Source: Pedobacter sp. (lineage in GTDB: Bacteria; Desulfobacterota; Desulfuromonadia; Desulfuromonadales; Syntrophotaleaceae). From it: a DNA stretch of 64,000 nt. Of the stretch, positions 41,649 to 51,890 are shown piece by piece. The DNA lies in assembly GCA_050253415.1 (NCBI GenBank), contig JBFWJC010000005.1, forward strand, positions 96,001 to 160,000. Reading direction: 5' to 3'. The notes below the pieces were generated by a model. That model did not search any database. It was not told the DNA's origin and saw nothing but the letters and a program-made list of their open reading frames with translations. How positions within the stretch are numbered: the first letter of the stretch is position 1; each line of letters opens with the position of its first letter. Both the position numbers and the translations under genes were made by a program.

Positions 41649-42626
41649 TTATAGCTCGATGGTGACAATCTTTTTGATAACGAAGGCACCCAAAATCTGG
41701 AGAACAATGGCCCCTGCCAGCATATATTGACCGATTTCATCGGTCCAGAGAAGAGTCAGATATTTATGGTTGATAAAAAATATGTAGGCGAATAAAGCTA
41801 TGGGTAGCCCTATAAGGACCATAGCTGACAAGCGACCCTCTGCGGTCAAGGCTTTAACCTGCCGCTTGAATTGGATACGCTCCCGGATAAGGCGGCTGAT
41901 GTTATCGAGGATCTCTGCTACATTGCCGCCTGTTTCACGTTGAATGATAACCGAAATGGCGAAAAATCTGAGGTCTGTACTGGGAACGCGCTCGCAAAGG
42001 TTTTCAAATGCCTCTTCAAAAGTAAGTCCCAGGTTGATTTCATCGACCGCCGCACCAAATTCCACGCTGATGGGAGCCTCCATTTCATCGGAGACCATCT
42101 CTAGCCCCGAGGTCATGGCGTGACCTGAACGAAGTGCCCGCGCCAAAAGATCCAGTGCCTCAGGGAGTTGGTCCTGAAACTTATTGATATATGCCTTTTC
42201 GGCCAGTTTGAGATAGCCAAAGGGTAGGCAAGTTACGAGTATGGAGAGAATAATTGTCATTAATAGGAAAGGCGAATACTTTAGGCCTAGTAATAGGGCG
42301 ATCAGGCCTAACGATAAACTGACCAGTACAAAAACGCTGGCATTGAAGGGCAGGTTTGATTTGACCAGCATTCGGTCCAGCAGGCTTACGCGAGGCATTT
42401 TCAAGGCCAGTTTCTGTATGCCTCCCGCGTCGCGCAAGATTTTGTCACGATAATTGAGTAATTTGTCGCGACCGTGCTTCCCGCCAGCAGAAATGTACAA
42501 CAACCGCTTTTTGATGGCTTTTTTTTCGACAAAACGGCTTTCCGTCCACGCCATAAACAGGAGTATGACTATTGACGCGGCGAACAGGAAGACTGTGGCC
42601 ATTATGAGTGTGTCAAGAAGATCCAT
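41649..42626 (-). CDS. tadB: Tad inner-membrane platform protein TadB
   Basis: QLPEALDLLARALRSGH, QRETGGN and ALTAEGRLS motifs. Confidence 0.92.
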   Translation of the reverse strand: MDLLDTLIMATVFLFAASIVILLFMAWTESRFVEKKAIKKRLLYISAGGKHGRDKLLNYRDKILRDAGGIQKLALKMPRVSLLDRMLVKSNLPFNASVFVLVSLSLGLIALLLGLKYSPFLLMTIILSILVTCLPFGYLKLAEKAYINKFQDQLPEALDLLARALRSGHAMTSGLEMVSDEMEAPISVEFGAAVDEINLGLTFEEAFENLCERVPSTDLRFFAISVIIQRETGGNVAEILDNISRLIRERIQFKRQVKALTAEGRLSAMVLIGLPIALFAYIFFINHKYLTLLWTDEIGQYMLAGAIVLQILGAFVIKKIVTIEL

Positions 42627-42635
42627 GTTGCCTCC

Positions 42636-43991
42636 TTATTCGAAATACTTGTGGGCAAAGAACAGATCTTCAGAGATTTCGATGCCGGCCATTTCTAACT
42701 TATCTGCGAATTTAGGACGAATGCCCGTAGCATGGAATCGTCCTATTACCTTGCCGTTGGCATCGACTCCCTGGCGTTCGAAAACAAAGATATCCTGCAG
42801 GGTGATAACTTCACCCTCCATCCCGACAACTTCGGCAATGGACGTTACCTTTCGAGTTCCGTCCGCCAGACGCGATACCTGTACGATCATATCGATAGCC
42901 GATGAGATCATGAAGCGCATGGCATGCTCCGGCAGGTTGACACCGGTCATAAGAATCATCGACTCCAGTCGTGTGAGAGAGTCCCGGGGCGAGTTGGAGT
43001 GAATGGTGGTCAACGAACCTTCATGACCTGTATTCATGGCTTGAAGCATGTCAAAGGCTTCCGACCCTCGGACCTCGCCGACGATGATTCGATCAGGGCG
43101 CATACGAAGACTGTTGCGAACCAGGTCACGCTGCGTCACCATTCCCGAGCCTTCAATGCTGGCCGGACGGGTTTCAAGTCGCACGACATGCTCCTGTTGC
43201 ATCTGTAGTTCGGCAGAGTCTTCGATCGTGATAATGCGTTCATTGCCAGGGATATAACCCGACATGATATTAAGAAGAGTTGTTTTACCTGCACCCGTAC
43301 CACCGGAAATCATGATGTTCAGCTTAGCCTTGACGCTGCCTGCCAGCAGGGTGGCAATGTCGGGCGTTAACGTTTTGAAGTTAACCAGATCGTCCATTTT
43401 TAGGGGATTGACGGAGAAACGCCGGATAGAAAGGATCGGCCCGTCAAGTGCCAGGGGTGGGATAATGGCATTAACACGCGAACCGTCTGCGAGTCTCGCG
43501 TCGACCATGGGGGATGATTCATCGATCCGGCGCCCAACCCGCGAAATAATACGGTCGATGATATTCATCAAGTGAGCGTTGTCGATGAACCGGGCAGGGG
43601 TCTTTTCCAGCAATCCCCGACGTTCTACATAAATGTCTTTATAGGTATTGCACAAGATGTCTGAAACGGTTGGATCTTTAAAGAATGGTTCGATCGGCCC
43701 CAGACCGGTGAGTTCATCAAGTATCTCGAGGATCAGAGCATTATGTTCCTCTTCGTTTAAAAGGAGCTGTTCTTCCCGCAGGAAATAGTCGACGATCTTT
43801 CCGATCTCTTCCTTGACTTCGGTTTGATCCAGATCGTCCAGTGCTGCAAGGTTAGCTTCTTCAACGAATCGGTTGTGGATCTTGTGTTTTATCTCGTAAA
43901 AGAAGGAATCACGTTCGCCATTGGGTCGGTGGGTATCCGGGTTGCTTGGCGAAACAGGCTTGCCTGAAGAAAACATATCTTTTATGGCCAC
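42636..43991 (-). CDS. cpaF: Tad assembly ATPase TadA/CpaF
   Basis: [31 protein letters not shown] and AMNTGHEGS motifs. GTG start with ggagg RBS. Confidence 0.95.
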   Translation of the reverse strand: MAIKDMFSSGKPVSPSNPDTHRPNGERDSFFYEIKHKIHNRFVEEANLAALDDLDQTEVKEEIGKIVDYFLREEQLLLNEEEHNALILEILDELTGLGPIEPFFKDPTVSDILCNTYKDIYVERRGLLEKTPARFIDNAHLMNIIDRIISRVGRRIDESSPMVDARLADGSRVNAIIPPLALDGPILSIRRFSVNPLKMDDLVNFKTLTPDIATLLAGSVKAKLNIMISGGTGAGKTTLLNIMSGYIPGNERIITIEDSAELQMQQEHVVRLETRPASIEGSGMVTQRDLVRNSLRMRPDRIIVGEVRGSEAFDMLQAMNTGHEGSLTTIHSNSPRDSLTRLESMILMTGVNLPEHAMRFMISSAIDMIVQVSRLADGTRKVTSIAEVVGMEGEVITLQDIFVFERQGVDANGKVIGRFHATGIRPKFADKLEMAGIEISEDLFFAHKYFE

Positions 43992-44143
43992 ATCGTCCTC
44001 CTATGTCATGTTATTCAGGTTGATCGTGCCCGAACTGAAGGAGTTTTCGATTCCTGGATTTCATCTCACCCTAATGCATACCTTTGTGCACCTACTTTGA
44101 AGGAAATATGAGGTGCTGTGCTTCAGTCCGTTAATCTGACCAG

Positions 44144-45322
44144 TTAAATTGCTTTTCCGAAAGTGCCTCGTATACCTCGGAACGCATGGGAACTCTCGGG
44201 TGATTTTACCTTTTCGACAAATTGGGCGATATTTTTCGCCAGAGGCAGACCGGAGTTACCTATAAGAAGTGGCTCCCCCTTGTTGATGGAGGAAACAACT
44301 CCTTTAAAATCATTGGGGAACAACCAGTAGGCCTTTTTGTCCAGGTTTTTTTCGACATCAGCGAGGCTGAGAGCTCCTCCTTTGATAACCCGGTTCACAA
44401 CAATTTCTATGTGTTTGGCATCAATACCAATTTTTCCCATCAACTTGATAAGCCGTGAACAGTTACGGATAGCCGGAACCGACATGTCCGTAACAAGAAA
44501 TATGGTTTCGGAGGCATTGAAGATTTCTATATTACACTCATTGATCGACATGGATGTACAATCCACAATAACCTGATCGTATATTTTTTTAGCAAGATCC
44601 AGAACATGGGAAACATGGGTCCCGTTTATGGTGTCGTAATCCTCAGGGTTATTAGGGGCTGCCATGAACTCCAGTCCCGTAGCATGCTTGGTCATCGCTG
44701 CCAGTAGAAAAGAGCTGTCGAGACGATGGTAATTCCTTACGACATCGCTCATTGTGGTCTGGGGATATAGATCAAGTAATACCGTTGCATCGCCGGATTG
44801 GAAACTCATATCGAACAGGGCTACACGCGATTGTTTGTCCTTTGCCATGGCGCAAGCGCTGTTGACTGATAACACCGTTGAACCAAGGCCGCCTTTGCTG
44901 CTGATAAAACTGTAAACCGAACCCCGGGATATCTGTCCCGAAGTAGCAAGTCGTGCGCGAACCTCTTCGATGGCATTTTTAAATATCTTATCGTTGATAG
45001 GGGTTACCAGATATTCGGATACACCCGCCTTCATGACTTCAACTATATGCTGAGGAAACTGATTTCCCGATACAACAAACACTGCAGCATGAGGGAAATT
45101 CTGTCGAATCGGCTTGAGTCGATTGAAAAGAGACGGCCCTTCAGTCGGATCATCGAGCAAAATGATATCCGGTGAGCCCTTGACGGCTAGCGAGCCTTTT
45201 TCTCCAGCCGAATCAAACCACTGGGTCATTTCCAGATTGGGAATTTCCCGTAATTTTTCCTGGAGCATGTGGACAAGGCGACTGTCCGCTATTTCAATCG
45301 CTATAAGAAGTTTTCGTGGCAT
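44144..45322 (-). CDS. cpaE: CpaE/TadZ (receiver-like + MinD/ParA-like)
   Basis: N-terminal pseudo-receiver (MKAGVSEYL..P) and deviant Walker A SKGGLGST. Confidence 0.85.
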   Translation of the reverse strand: MPRKLLIAIEIADSRLVHMLQEKLREIPNLEMTQWFDSAGEKGSLAVKGSPDIILLDDPTEGPSLFNRLKPIRQNFPHAAVFVVSGNQFPQHIVEVMKAGVSEYLVTPINDKIFKNAIEEVRARLATSGQISRGSVYSFISSKGGLGSTVLSVNSACAMAKDKQSRVALFDMSFQSGDATVLLDLYPQTTMSDVVRNYHRLDSSFLLAAMTKHATGLEFMAAPNNPEDYDTINGTHVSHVLDLAKKIYDQVIVDCTSMSINECNIEIFNASETIFLVTDMSVPAIRNCSRLIKLMGKIGIDAKHIEIVVNRVIKGGALSLADVEKNLDKKAYWLFPNDFKGVVSSINKGEPLLIGNSGLPLAKNIAQFVEKVKSPESSHAFRGIRGTFGKAI

Positions 45323-45364
45323 GAAACACCTTTAAGTTGTTGAAACAAGTGTGTAGAGAACTTT

Positions 45365-46642
45365 TCAATCTACCAATACGGGAATTTTAGCCAAGACGCC
45401 AAAATTGGGTCCACCGGTCACTCCGGTAGGAGTGATTTTTTCGCATGACGGTAGGAAAAAAATGTTCTTCTTCTGGTACATTTGCTCATAGTCTTCATCG
45501 GACTGAGGCGGGCCGGTAACGTTTGCCAGGTTGAAATGGTCTACGAAACTTTTCCAACAATCAAATCCGGGAGTACTTGCGGGACATGACCAGTCTTCCA
45601 TTTCCCTGGGTACATCAGCATAAGATGTATCATTGTCACGCAAAATCCAGACAATGTTGACATTAACCGCGCCAACCAGGTTTGAACAATTACTGACATT
45701 ATTGCTGGGGCATTGGATAACCGGCAGGGTCATGTTCCAGATGCTGGTCTTATTGGTCGCTGCTTCCCAGCAGTCGGCCAGATCCCTGAATACAACATCC
45801 TGAACACCTCCGACGGCACCAATACCCGCACCGAATTTCATTTCATCAGGATTGCCGTCTCCACAGATAAGAGATTTCATCTCGTTGGAATTGGCAGTTG
45901 CGCATGGTTGCGAAAAGTTGGTCCAGCCGCCTGTATTGGCAGTATTGAGATTGGCGCCACTGTTGAGCATTCGGCCCATATTGCAGTTGTAATCGCCATC
46001 CTCATCAACGATAGATTCTTCGCATATGGCAATGGGTTGATCAATTTCGCCAGGATTGATGGAGCCTGCGAACCCGAGGTAGGCAATGGCTTCTGCGGTG
46101 ATGCCAAAATTTTCAAAACCGAAAATCTGTGCGAAGTAGGACGCTGCAGGCTTATCTTGCCGCCGGACTTTTACTTTTACTGCATTGATGAAACCACCAT
46201 TGATATTTGGGTCAGGATTATCGAGTTCTTCCTTCGTATAGCTTCCGATATCGATGGCCGTCAAGGAATCGTTCGGCGTGAACTGCCTCGTGGAGAAACT
46301 CCAGTGTCCCCTTTGGACATCTCCTGAGTTGCTAACGGCGTTGTAGATCAACTCGACAGGAATATTTTCGCTAAGATTGGCAATTGCCGTATTATAGGCT
46401 TCAGTGTTAGCTCCCGGATTAACCGACTCACCATCGGCAATATAGAGCACCCGTGCACCGTATAAGGCCCCTGCATCCGCAGCGTTTTGAAGTTCATTGC
46501 GAACGACATAGACGTGATAAACATCAATGGCAAGTGCCGCTATGCCTAGAAACAAGACAGTAAGGATTGCCACCAATACGATGACTACTCCATTTTGATT
46601 ATCTCTTAAAGTCCAGATAGGTCGTTTCATGGATTGCCTCAC
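45365..46642 (-). CDS. tadG: TadG-like pseudopilin/adhesin
   Basis: G|VVIVLVA prepilin-like N-terminus, AIDV....RNELQNAADAGAL motif, and a Cys-rich C-terminus. Confidence 0.82.
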   Translation of the reverse strand: MRQSMKRPIWTLRDNQNGVVIVLVAILTVLFLGIAALAIDVYHVYVVRNELQNAADAGALYGARVLYIADGESVNPGANTEAYNTAIANLSENIPVELIYNAVSNSGDVQRGHWSFSTRQFTPNDSLTAIDIGSYTKEELDNPDPNINGGFINAVKVKVRRQDKPAASYFAQIFGFENFGITAEAIAYLGFAGSINPGEIDQPIAICEESIVDEDGDYNCNMGRMLNSGANLNTANTGGWTNFSQPCATANSNEMKSLICGDGNPDEMKFGAGIGAVGGVQDVVFRDLADCWEAATNKTSIWNMTLPVIQCPSNNVSNCSNLVGAVNVNIVWILRDNDTSYADVPREMEDWSCPASTPGFDCWKSFVDHFNLANVTGPPQSDEDYEQMYQKKNIFFLPSCEKITPTGVTGGPNFGVLAKIPVLVD

Positions 46643-46651
46643 TCTTGAGTT

Positions 46652-47107
46652 CTACTCGGCTCGCATGCTGGTTTTGCCAGTAAGCTTAATTGTTTCAGGC
46701 AAACCGGCAATGGAGGGCAAAAAGAGAAAATTGTAATCATATTGTATTTTCACAAGAATGTAATCACCCTGTGCAATCGATACTTCTCCATCGGAGCTGT
46801 TCGGATCAATGGTAAGGTTTTCGGTGCCAAAAGATACAAGCCTCAGGTCGGTATTAGTAGGGTAGTTGGTATAAAGGTATTGATTGACTGCATCCTCTAC
46901 TGCAGGGCCTGAATAAATACGATTGTCGTCGCTATCGGTTTGGAAAACAATCGCTCTTCGTGCGCCTTCCCGGCTTGCATTGGTAAGTATAGCCTGGTTG
47001 TAAAAGATAAAACCAAACTCGATAATGCCGAATACAATCAGGAGCAGCAGGGGGAGGATGACCGCGAATTCAACAACAGCCGCTCCTTTTTGAGATTGCA
47101 ATTTCAT
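46652..47107 (-). CDS. tadE: TadE-like pseudopilin
   Basis: KG|AAVVEFA and ASREGAR motifs. Confidence 0.9.
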   Translation of the reverse strand: MKLQSQKGAAVVEFAVILPLLLLIVFGIIEFGFIFYNQAILTNASREGARRAIVFQTDSDDNRIYSGPAVEDAVNQYLYTNYPTNTDLRLVSFGTENLTIDPNSSDGEVSIAQGDYILVKIQYDYNFLFLPSIAGLPETIKLTGKTSMRAE

Positions 47108-47195
47108 AAGGCCACTCCTTTGCTAAGTTTCTTTGGTCGTAGATCTGTGTGTAGAGGGCTGCGATACCAATGGCATCGCAGCCTCGTTAGTTGCA

Positions 47196-47465
47196 TCACT
47201 GATTTAACCCGAAATTAATGATATTGACGTTTTCAGGTTTTTCAGCAAATGTTTCATTGTAGACCTTCATGATTTCCTCAGCGGTAATCCCGTCAAGATT
47301 TTCCGGTATTGTTGATGCGTACCTGTAGTCAGGATAGGCGACCTGTTGATCCCAGGCTGCCTGACTCTGCTGGCCGAAATCCCGGTCGACATAGTAGGCT
47401 TCCTGCATTGAGGCACATCCGGTCAGCAGGAGGATTGTCGCGATGGCAAAGCTTAGTTTTTTCAT
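47196..47465 (-). CDS. Small lipoprotein in the Tad operon
   Basis: LLTGC lipobox; follows the secretin gene. Confidence 0.75.
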   Translation of the reverse strand: MKKLSFAIATILLLTGCASMQEAYYVDRDFGQQSQAAWDQQVAYPDYRYASTIPENLDGITAEEIMKVYNETFAEKPENVNIINFGLNQ

Positions 47466-47486
47466 TATGTTGACCCCCTTTGCTAT

Positions 47487-49016
47487 TTATTGTGCCGTCA
47501 TCGGTTCGTGACCAAATTCGCCTTCGAGACCGCCTGTAGTTTCGGTTGCCTGGGGTGAGGAAGTGAAGCTGTGACGACTCATGTTGGATATATCATCCGG
47601 GAATCGCCGGCCCTCAAGGCGTCCTTCCAGGTAAAACTCCAAACTGTTTGGCGGTTGTAAATATTCGCCGGGGAAAGTTATGGACCCTTCCTTGACGGGT
47701 TTTACAAGGTGAGGGGTGACCGCAATAAGCAGATCTGTTTTGTCCTGAGAGTAGCTGGTGCTGCGGAACAGAGCACCGATAACCGGCAGGTCGCCGAGAC
47801 CTGGTATTTTACTTACCGATTCGCGTAGGTTATCTTGCAGCAACCCAGCGAGGGCCAAGGTCTGCCCGTCATGAAGTTGAACGGTAGTTTCCAACTTACG
47901 GGTCGTCAAGTTAGGTACAACAAACTCGGCACCGACAATGCCAGAAGGAATGGTGCTGGTCGAGGCGATATCGCTGACGCTGGGAGCAACACGCAAGCTG
48001 ATCTTGCCATCACTCATGACTACCGGGGTGAAGCGCAAGGCAACACCGAACTCACGGAATTCTATAGTCACCGTATCGTTGTCCTGGGGGACGGGTATGG
48101 GGAATTCCCCACCAGCCAGGAAACTGGCCTCCTGCCCACTGAGGGTTACAAGTCTCGGTTCGGCCAGAATACGGGCTAAGCCCTCATCCTCCAAAAAGCG
48201 TAGTGCAGAGGTAAAATCACCCAGTTGCAGGAAAATGTTGGCAGGGTTGGCAGAGGAAAAACTGGCGAAGTTCAACAGTACGCTGCCAAGAGTGCCGGCA
48301 GCAAACGAGCCACTGGAAGCATCGTCGATGCCGCCAACTCCGGCAATAACACCGGAGTTGTCACCCAAACCGGTAAAACCAAGAGCTGCCTGCCAGCCGC
48401 GCCCCGAGGAACGGGTGACTTCGGCGAATTTTACCTCCAACATGACCTGCTGGATACCGCCAATGGTTAACAGGTTGGTGATTCCGGCGCCTGATTGGCC
48501 GGTACCTTTGCTAGTTGTAGAAGCATCCGCTTTTTCTGGAAGAAATGTTTGCGTCAAACGGACAACCTGTTCGGCGACCTCAGGGCCGGATACGGTGCCC
48601 GAAAGAACAACGCCTGTTTCCGAAGCATGTACCTTGATGTCCTCCAGGGGATACAGCTGGCTAATTTTTTGTTTAAGGGGTGTCAGGTCGAGGTTGACAC
48701 TGACATCAATGATGGCGCGCACTTGCCGGGAAGCATCGTCCCAAACTGTGACACGGGAAAAACCTATCTTTTTGCCCAGGTTATAAATATTGACCAAGTT
48801 AGGCCGCAACGGCCTGGCGCCAATAATGTCGCCATTAGAGATAAGAATTTTCATTCTCTGGCTTGGCTCACGGATTTCTACCAGTTCCGATCCCCCGATA
48901 TTGACATCAAGAGTCAGATGCTCTATTTCGTCAGCAGCGGCTGGGCCGGTGAACAGAGCCAGGCAAAACAGGCTCAAGAAGCATATTGCCGGAAGAATAG
49001 CTCGGCGCATTGTCAT
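47487..49016 (-). CDS. cpaC: Tad secretin RcpA/CpaC
   Basis: QVMLEVKFAEV, LAEPRLVTLSGQEASFLAGGEFPIP and KIPGLGDLPVIGALF motifs. Confidence 0.93.
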   Translation of the reverse strand: MTMRRAILPAICFLSLFCLALFTGPAAADEIEHLTLDVNIGGSELVEIREPSQRMKILISNGDIIGARPLRPNLVNIYNLGKKIGFSRVTVWDDASRQVRAIIDVSVNLDLTPLKQKISQLYPLEDIKVHASETGVVLSGTVSGPEVAEQVVRLTQTFLPEKADASTTSKGTGQSGAGITNLLTIGGIQQVMLEVKFAEVTRSSGRGWQAALGFTGLGDNSGVIAGVGGIDDASSGSFAAGTLGSVLLNFASFSSANPANIFLQLGDFTSALRFLEDEGLARILAEPRLVTLSGQEASFLAGGEFPIPVPQDNDTVTIEFREFGVALRFTPVVMSDGKISLRVAPSVSDIASTSTIPSGIVGAEFVVPNLTTRKLETTVQLHDGQTLALAGLLQDNLRESVSKIPGLGDLPVIGALFRSTSYSQDKTDLLIAVTPHLVKPVKEGSITFPGEYLQPPNSLEFYLEGRLEGRRFPDDISNMSRHSFTSSPQATETTGGLEGEFGHEPMTAQ

Positions 49017-49043
49017 GATGACCTCCCTTTTAATAAACCCCAT

Positions 49044-49862
49044 TTATTTCGCTTTGAATTGATAATTTTCGGCGGGTTTTTCCCCTCGAATAACCTCGAC
49101 TTCAAAAGTCGCCGGTGGCGGGGTGTAAACCCTTGGTTTTACACTGCGAACTGGTGCTCTTTTTACCACCTTTTTAACCGGTGGGGGAGTTTCTTTTTCA
49201 TCTAGCGGGTTGCGAAGAACGAGTCGGATGGGGCCTTCATGAGTTTTTTCTGCGAGCAATTCCGCGTCATCGGGCGATAATTCCATGGTTACGGTACGAA
49301 CCACTTTCGGTTTGCCTTCTTCGATGAATGTCTCCTGGGCAATCGCAAGAACTTCAACCTTGCGCAGGAAGGTTTCCGCAACTGTGTTGCGTTTTGACTT
49401 TTCGTCTATGGAGATGATATCGACAAAGGTGTTTGGCAGGATAAAACCACCAACCCCGACGACTTCATCAACCCTTATGGCCATGGCACGCATACCAGGT
49501 TTTATAAGAGCTACAAGCCCGGCTCCGGAGTTGGGAGACGCCAGTTCGGCAGCCAGGATAGGAGTTCCGGTGACCATCTTGGAGACGGACACGCGGCCCG
49601 CCACTTGCTCCATGTCTTCAAAGGCACCTTTGGGGACACTGGCTTTGGGCCATTGCGCCAGGGCCAACTGTGTCTTGTCAAGACGGGTCCCGATGTTGAC
49701 ATCCGTTGCCGCAACGACTATCTGCGTCATGGACATAGATGTTTCCGGGGTTACAGCAGTTTGAGACGCTTTGCTTGATAGCCATTTGTTGACCAGAATG
49801 ACCGCTATGACGCCGAAAATTACGGCCAGTGCCAGAGCGATGATCGTGCCATATTTTTTCAT
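49044..49862 (-). CDS. cpaB: Flp pilus assembly protein CpaB/RcpC
   Basis: SAF domain, GMRAMAIRVDEVVGVGGFILP and LVLRNPLD motifs. Confidence 0.92.
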   Translation of the reverse strand: MKKYGTIIALALAVIFGVIAVILVNKWLSSKASQTAVTPETSMSMTQIVVAATDVNIGTRLDKTQLALAQWPKASVPKGAFEDMEQVAGRVSVSKMVTGTPILAAELASPNSGAGLVALIKPGMRAMAIRVDEVVGVGGFILPNTFVDIISIDEKSKRNTVAETFLRKVEVLAIAQETFIEEGKPKVVRTVTMELSPDDAELLAEKTHEGPIRLVLRNPLDEKETPPPVKKVVKRAPVRSVKPRVYTPPPATFEVEVIRGEKPAENYQFKAK

Positions 49863-49958
49863 ACTGGGCCTCCTGTGTAACTGAAAGGTAAAATCGGGTT
49901 GTCAACCCCTTGCAAATCCTCCGATAAAATTATCCGATGTTTGTGACGATAATGCTGT

Positions 49959-50567
49959 TTATAAAATGTCTCCCCAAAAGGTAAAGGCGAAAAATCCGAA
50001 TGCTATGGCTGAAGCATAAGGAAATTTATATGTTTTTCGAATTTTCGGGTTTTTAAAGGATTTGTAGTCCTTGGTGAGGTAGACGCTTTTAAGGGCCGCG
50101 GCATAGTGTCGCAGTTCTTTTCGAGTATCAGAAGACATGAGATGAAACATCAGCCCCAATAATCCCCCGATGATTCCCATGTACAGAAATATTTGAAAGA
50201 TTTTACCCGGGCCAAGTAGTGTACCTAGAGCTGCAAGGGCCTTGACATCGCCAGCTCCCATCCCTCCCATCATGAAAGGTACTATAAGAAGAGCGAGGCC
50301 GACGGTAAGACCCGCAGCCGAAAAGACGATACCGGGCAAACCTGAGATGACGATGTTGTAAGTAATTCCTATAAGCATTAGGGGCAGTGTAACTAAATTC
50401 GGTATTTTGGAATAAAGGGTATCGGTACCACAAATAATAAATAAATAACCCGAGGCAGCCAGAATGAACACATTTGTTGGGTAGCGGTAAATGAATAACA
50501 TGGCCATGATCATGGCCGTGAGACCAAGAGCATAACGTGTCATTTTAAATAGGTTTGGATTCTCCAT
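49959..50567 (-). CDS. cpaA: Prepilin peptidase A24 (CpaA/TadV)
   Basis: TD....KIPN, MGAGDVK and PYASAI motifs. Confidence 0.9.
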   Translation of the reverse strand: MENPNLFKMTRYALGLTAMIMAMLFIYRYPTNVFILAASGYLFIICGTDTLYSKIPNLVTLPLMLIGITYNIVISGLPGIVFSAAGLTVGLALLIVPFMMGGMGAGDVKALAALGTLLGPGKIFQIFLYMGIIGGLLGLMFHLMSSDTRKELRHYAAALKSVYLTKDYKSFKNPKIRKTYKFPYASAIAFGFFAFTFWGDIL

Positions 50568-50631
50568 TCAAGCTGCCTCGGATTTAGGTCAAATTACAAT
50601 TGCACTGTAAGTTTTAGGGAGAGTATTGATG

Positions 50632-50811
50632 TTAGTTTTCAGGTAAATTTTCCGCGATGTTGTTAAATGTGTTGTTGACTTTGTTGCCGAGCAAAGTGAT
50701 TGCGCCAATGGCCACGATAATGATGAGCGCAAGCATTACGGCGTATTCAGTAGCGGTGGCTCCTTCTTCACTGCAAATCAGTTCCCTGCATTTCATGAGC
50801 ATTCTTTTCAT
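50632..50811 (-). CDS. flp: Flp type IVc pilin, copy 2
   Basis: EEG|ATATEYAV cleavage/Flp motif, 59 aa, with a gaaggagg RBS. Confidence 0.93.
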   Translation of the reverse strand: MKRMLMKCRELICSEEGATATEYAVMLALIIIVAIGAITLLGNKVNNTFNNIAENLPEN

Positions 50812-50988
50812 GGTTGATCCTCCTTCGGGCTTGTGTGGGTGGATGATTTTCAATAAATTCAACTTAAAATCATCCTCGACAAACAGACGAACATTTTCTA
50901 CCTAAGTTGCCTTTTAACCTGTGCCGTTCCTAGGAAAGGCCCAAGACCACTTGTTGGCTCAGTTTTTCGACTTAACCTCTTTAGTTTG

Positions 50989-51018
50989 AGATTAGCTTGG
51001 AATTTTGGCATGTCAAGG
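50989..51018 (-). promoter_or_regulatory. Candidate promoter of flp copy 2
   Basis: TTGACA-16-TAATCT, homologous to the flp copy 1 promoter. Confidence 0.5.
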
Positions 51019-51379
51019 TAATCGGAAGGTTGAAAATCAATAGTTTTAGGTTGTTAAGGTGACTTTGCCGATAAAAAAAGTGTGCAATATCAGGTGGGAT
51101 TTTGATCTCAACAACCTAAGTAATTATTTTATAAAGGAAAAATATAGATATTATGCTTTTTAGATGTGACGGGAGTTAAATCCAAAAACTAAAAAGGCGG
51201 TCTTTTAGCGGACCGAAAGTTTCGGCATTTCGATGTTTTTACTTTTTAAAGGAAAGGTCTGTATATTGCGTATACATGACCATCAATGTATTACAAAAGA
51301 AGATTGTACCGAAAAATCAGTACAATCTTCTTTGGTCAAATCCTTTTTAGAGACACATATTATTTTTCAGGGGCAACCA

Positions 51380-51559
51380 TCAATTCTCAGGTATTTGTTC
51401 CGCTATATTATTGAAAGTGTTATTGACCTTGTTGCCGAGAAGGGTAATCGCACCAATGGCGACAATAATTATCAACGCCAACATGACAGCATACTCGGTG
51501 GCAGTTGCGCCTTCTTCACTAAAAGCCAGTTCCCGGCACTTATCAAAAATGTTTTTCAT
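51380..51559 (-). CDS. flp: Flp type IVc pilin, copy 1
   Basis: EEG|ATATEYAV motif. The mature part is nearly identical to copy 2. Confidence 0.93.
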   Translation of the reverse strand: MKNIFDKCRELAFSEEGATATEYAVMLALIIIVAIGAITLLGNKVNNTFNNIAEQIPEN

Positions 51560-51654
51560 TGTAGGACCTCCTTCATTTTGATTCATTTTGAATGTTCAAG
51601 GTCAAATAGAGCCCACTGCTAGAAATCTGTCTTATTAATTAACCGTTTTGCGCA

Positions 51655-51684
51655 ATGTTAGCGTGGATTTTTATGTTGTCAAGG
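51655..51684 (-). promoter_or_regulatory. Candidate promoter of flp copy 1
   Basis: TTGACA-16-TAACAT. Confidence 0.5.
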
Positions 51685-51890
51685 AAGGTAATAGAACTTC
51701 ATAAGATTAGTTTGCGTAAATTTTACAAGTGAAGAGTTCCCTTTGCCTGGTAGGCACTGATTTGGCTATTGCTATGAAGTGTTCTGTCAAAAAATAGGGG
51801 TGATGTCTGTCCATATTCTCATTTGCGGCTATAGTATTATAAAGTTACCTGTCACCGTATTGAGATTTCTACACCTTTAATGGACTGGAT

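Noticed and set aside
51067..51075. Sigma28 -10-like GCCGATAA (also GCCGATAG at 27253)
   Set aside because: Neither has a TAAA -35 at the right spacing, and the first faces away from flp.
50812..51890. c-di-GMP/cGAMP (GEMM) riboswitch upstream of the pilins
   Set aside because: I found no GGCAAA/GAAA-tetraloop/GCAAAGC consensus by eye; cmscan would be decisive.
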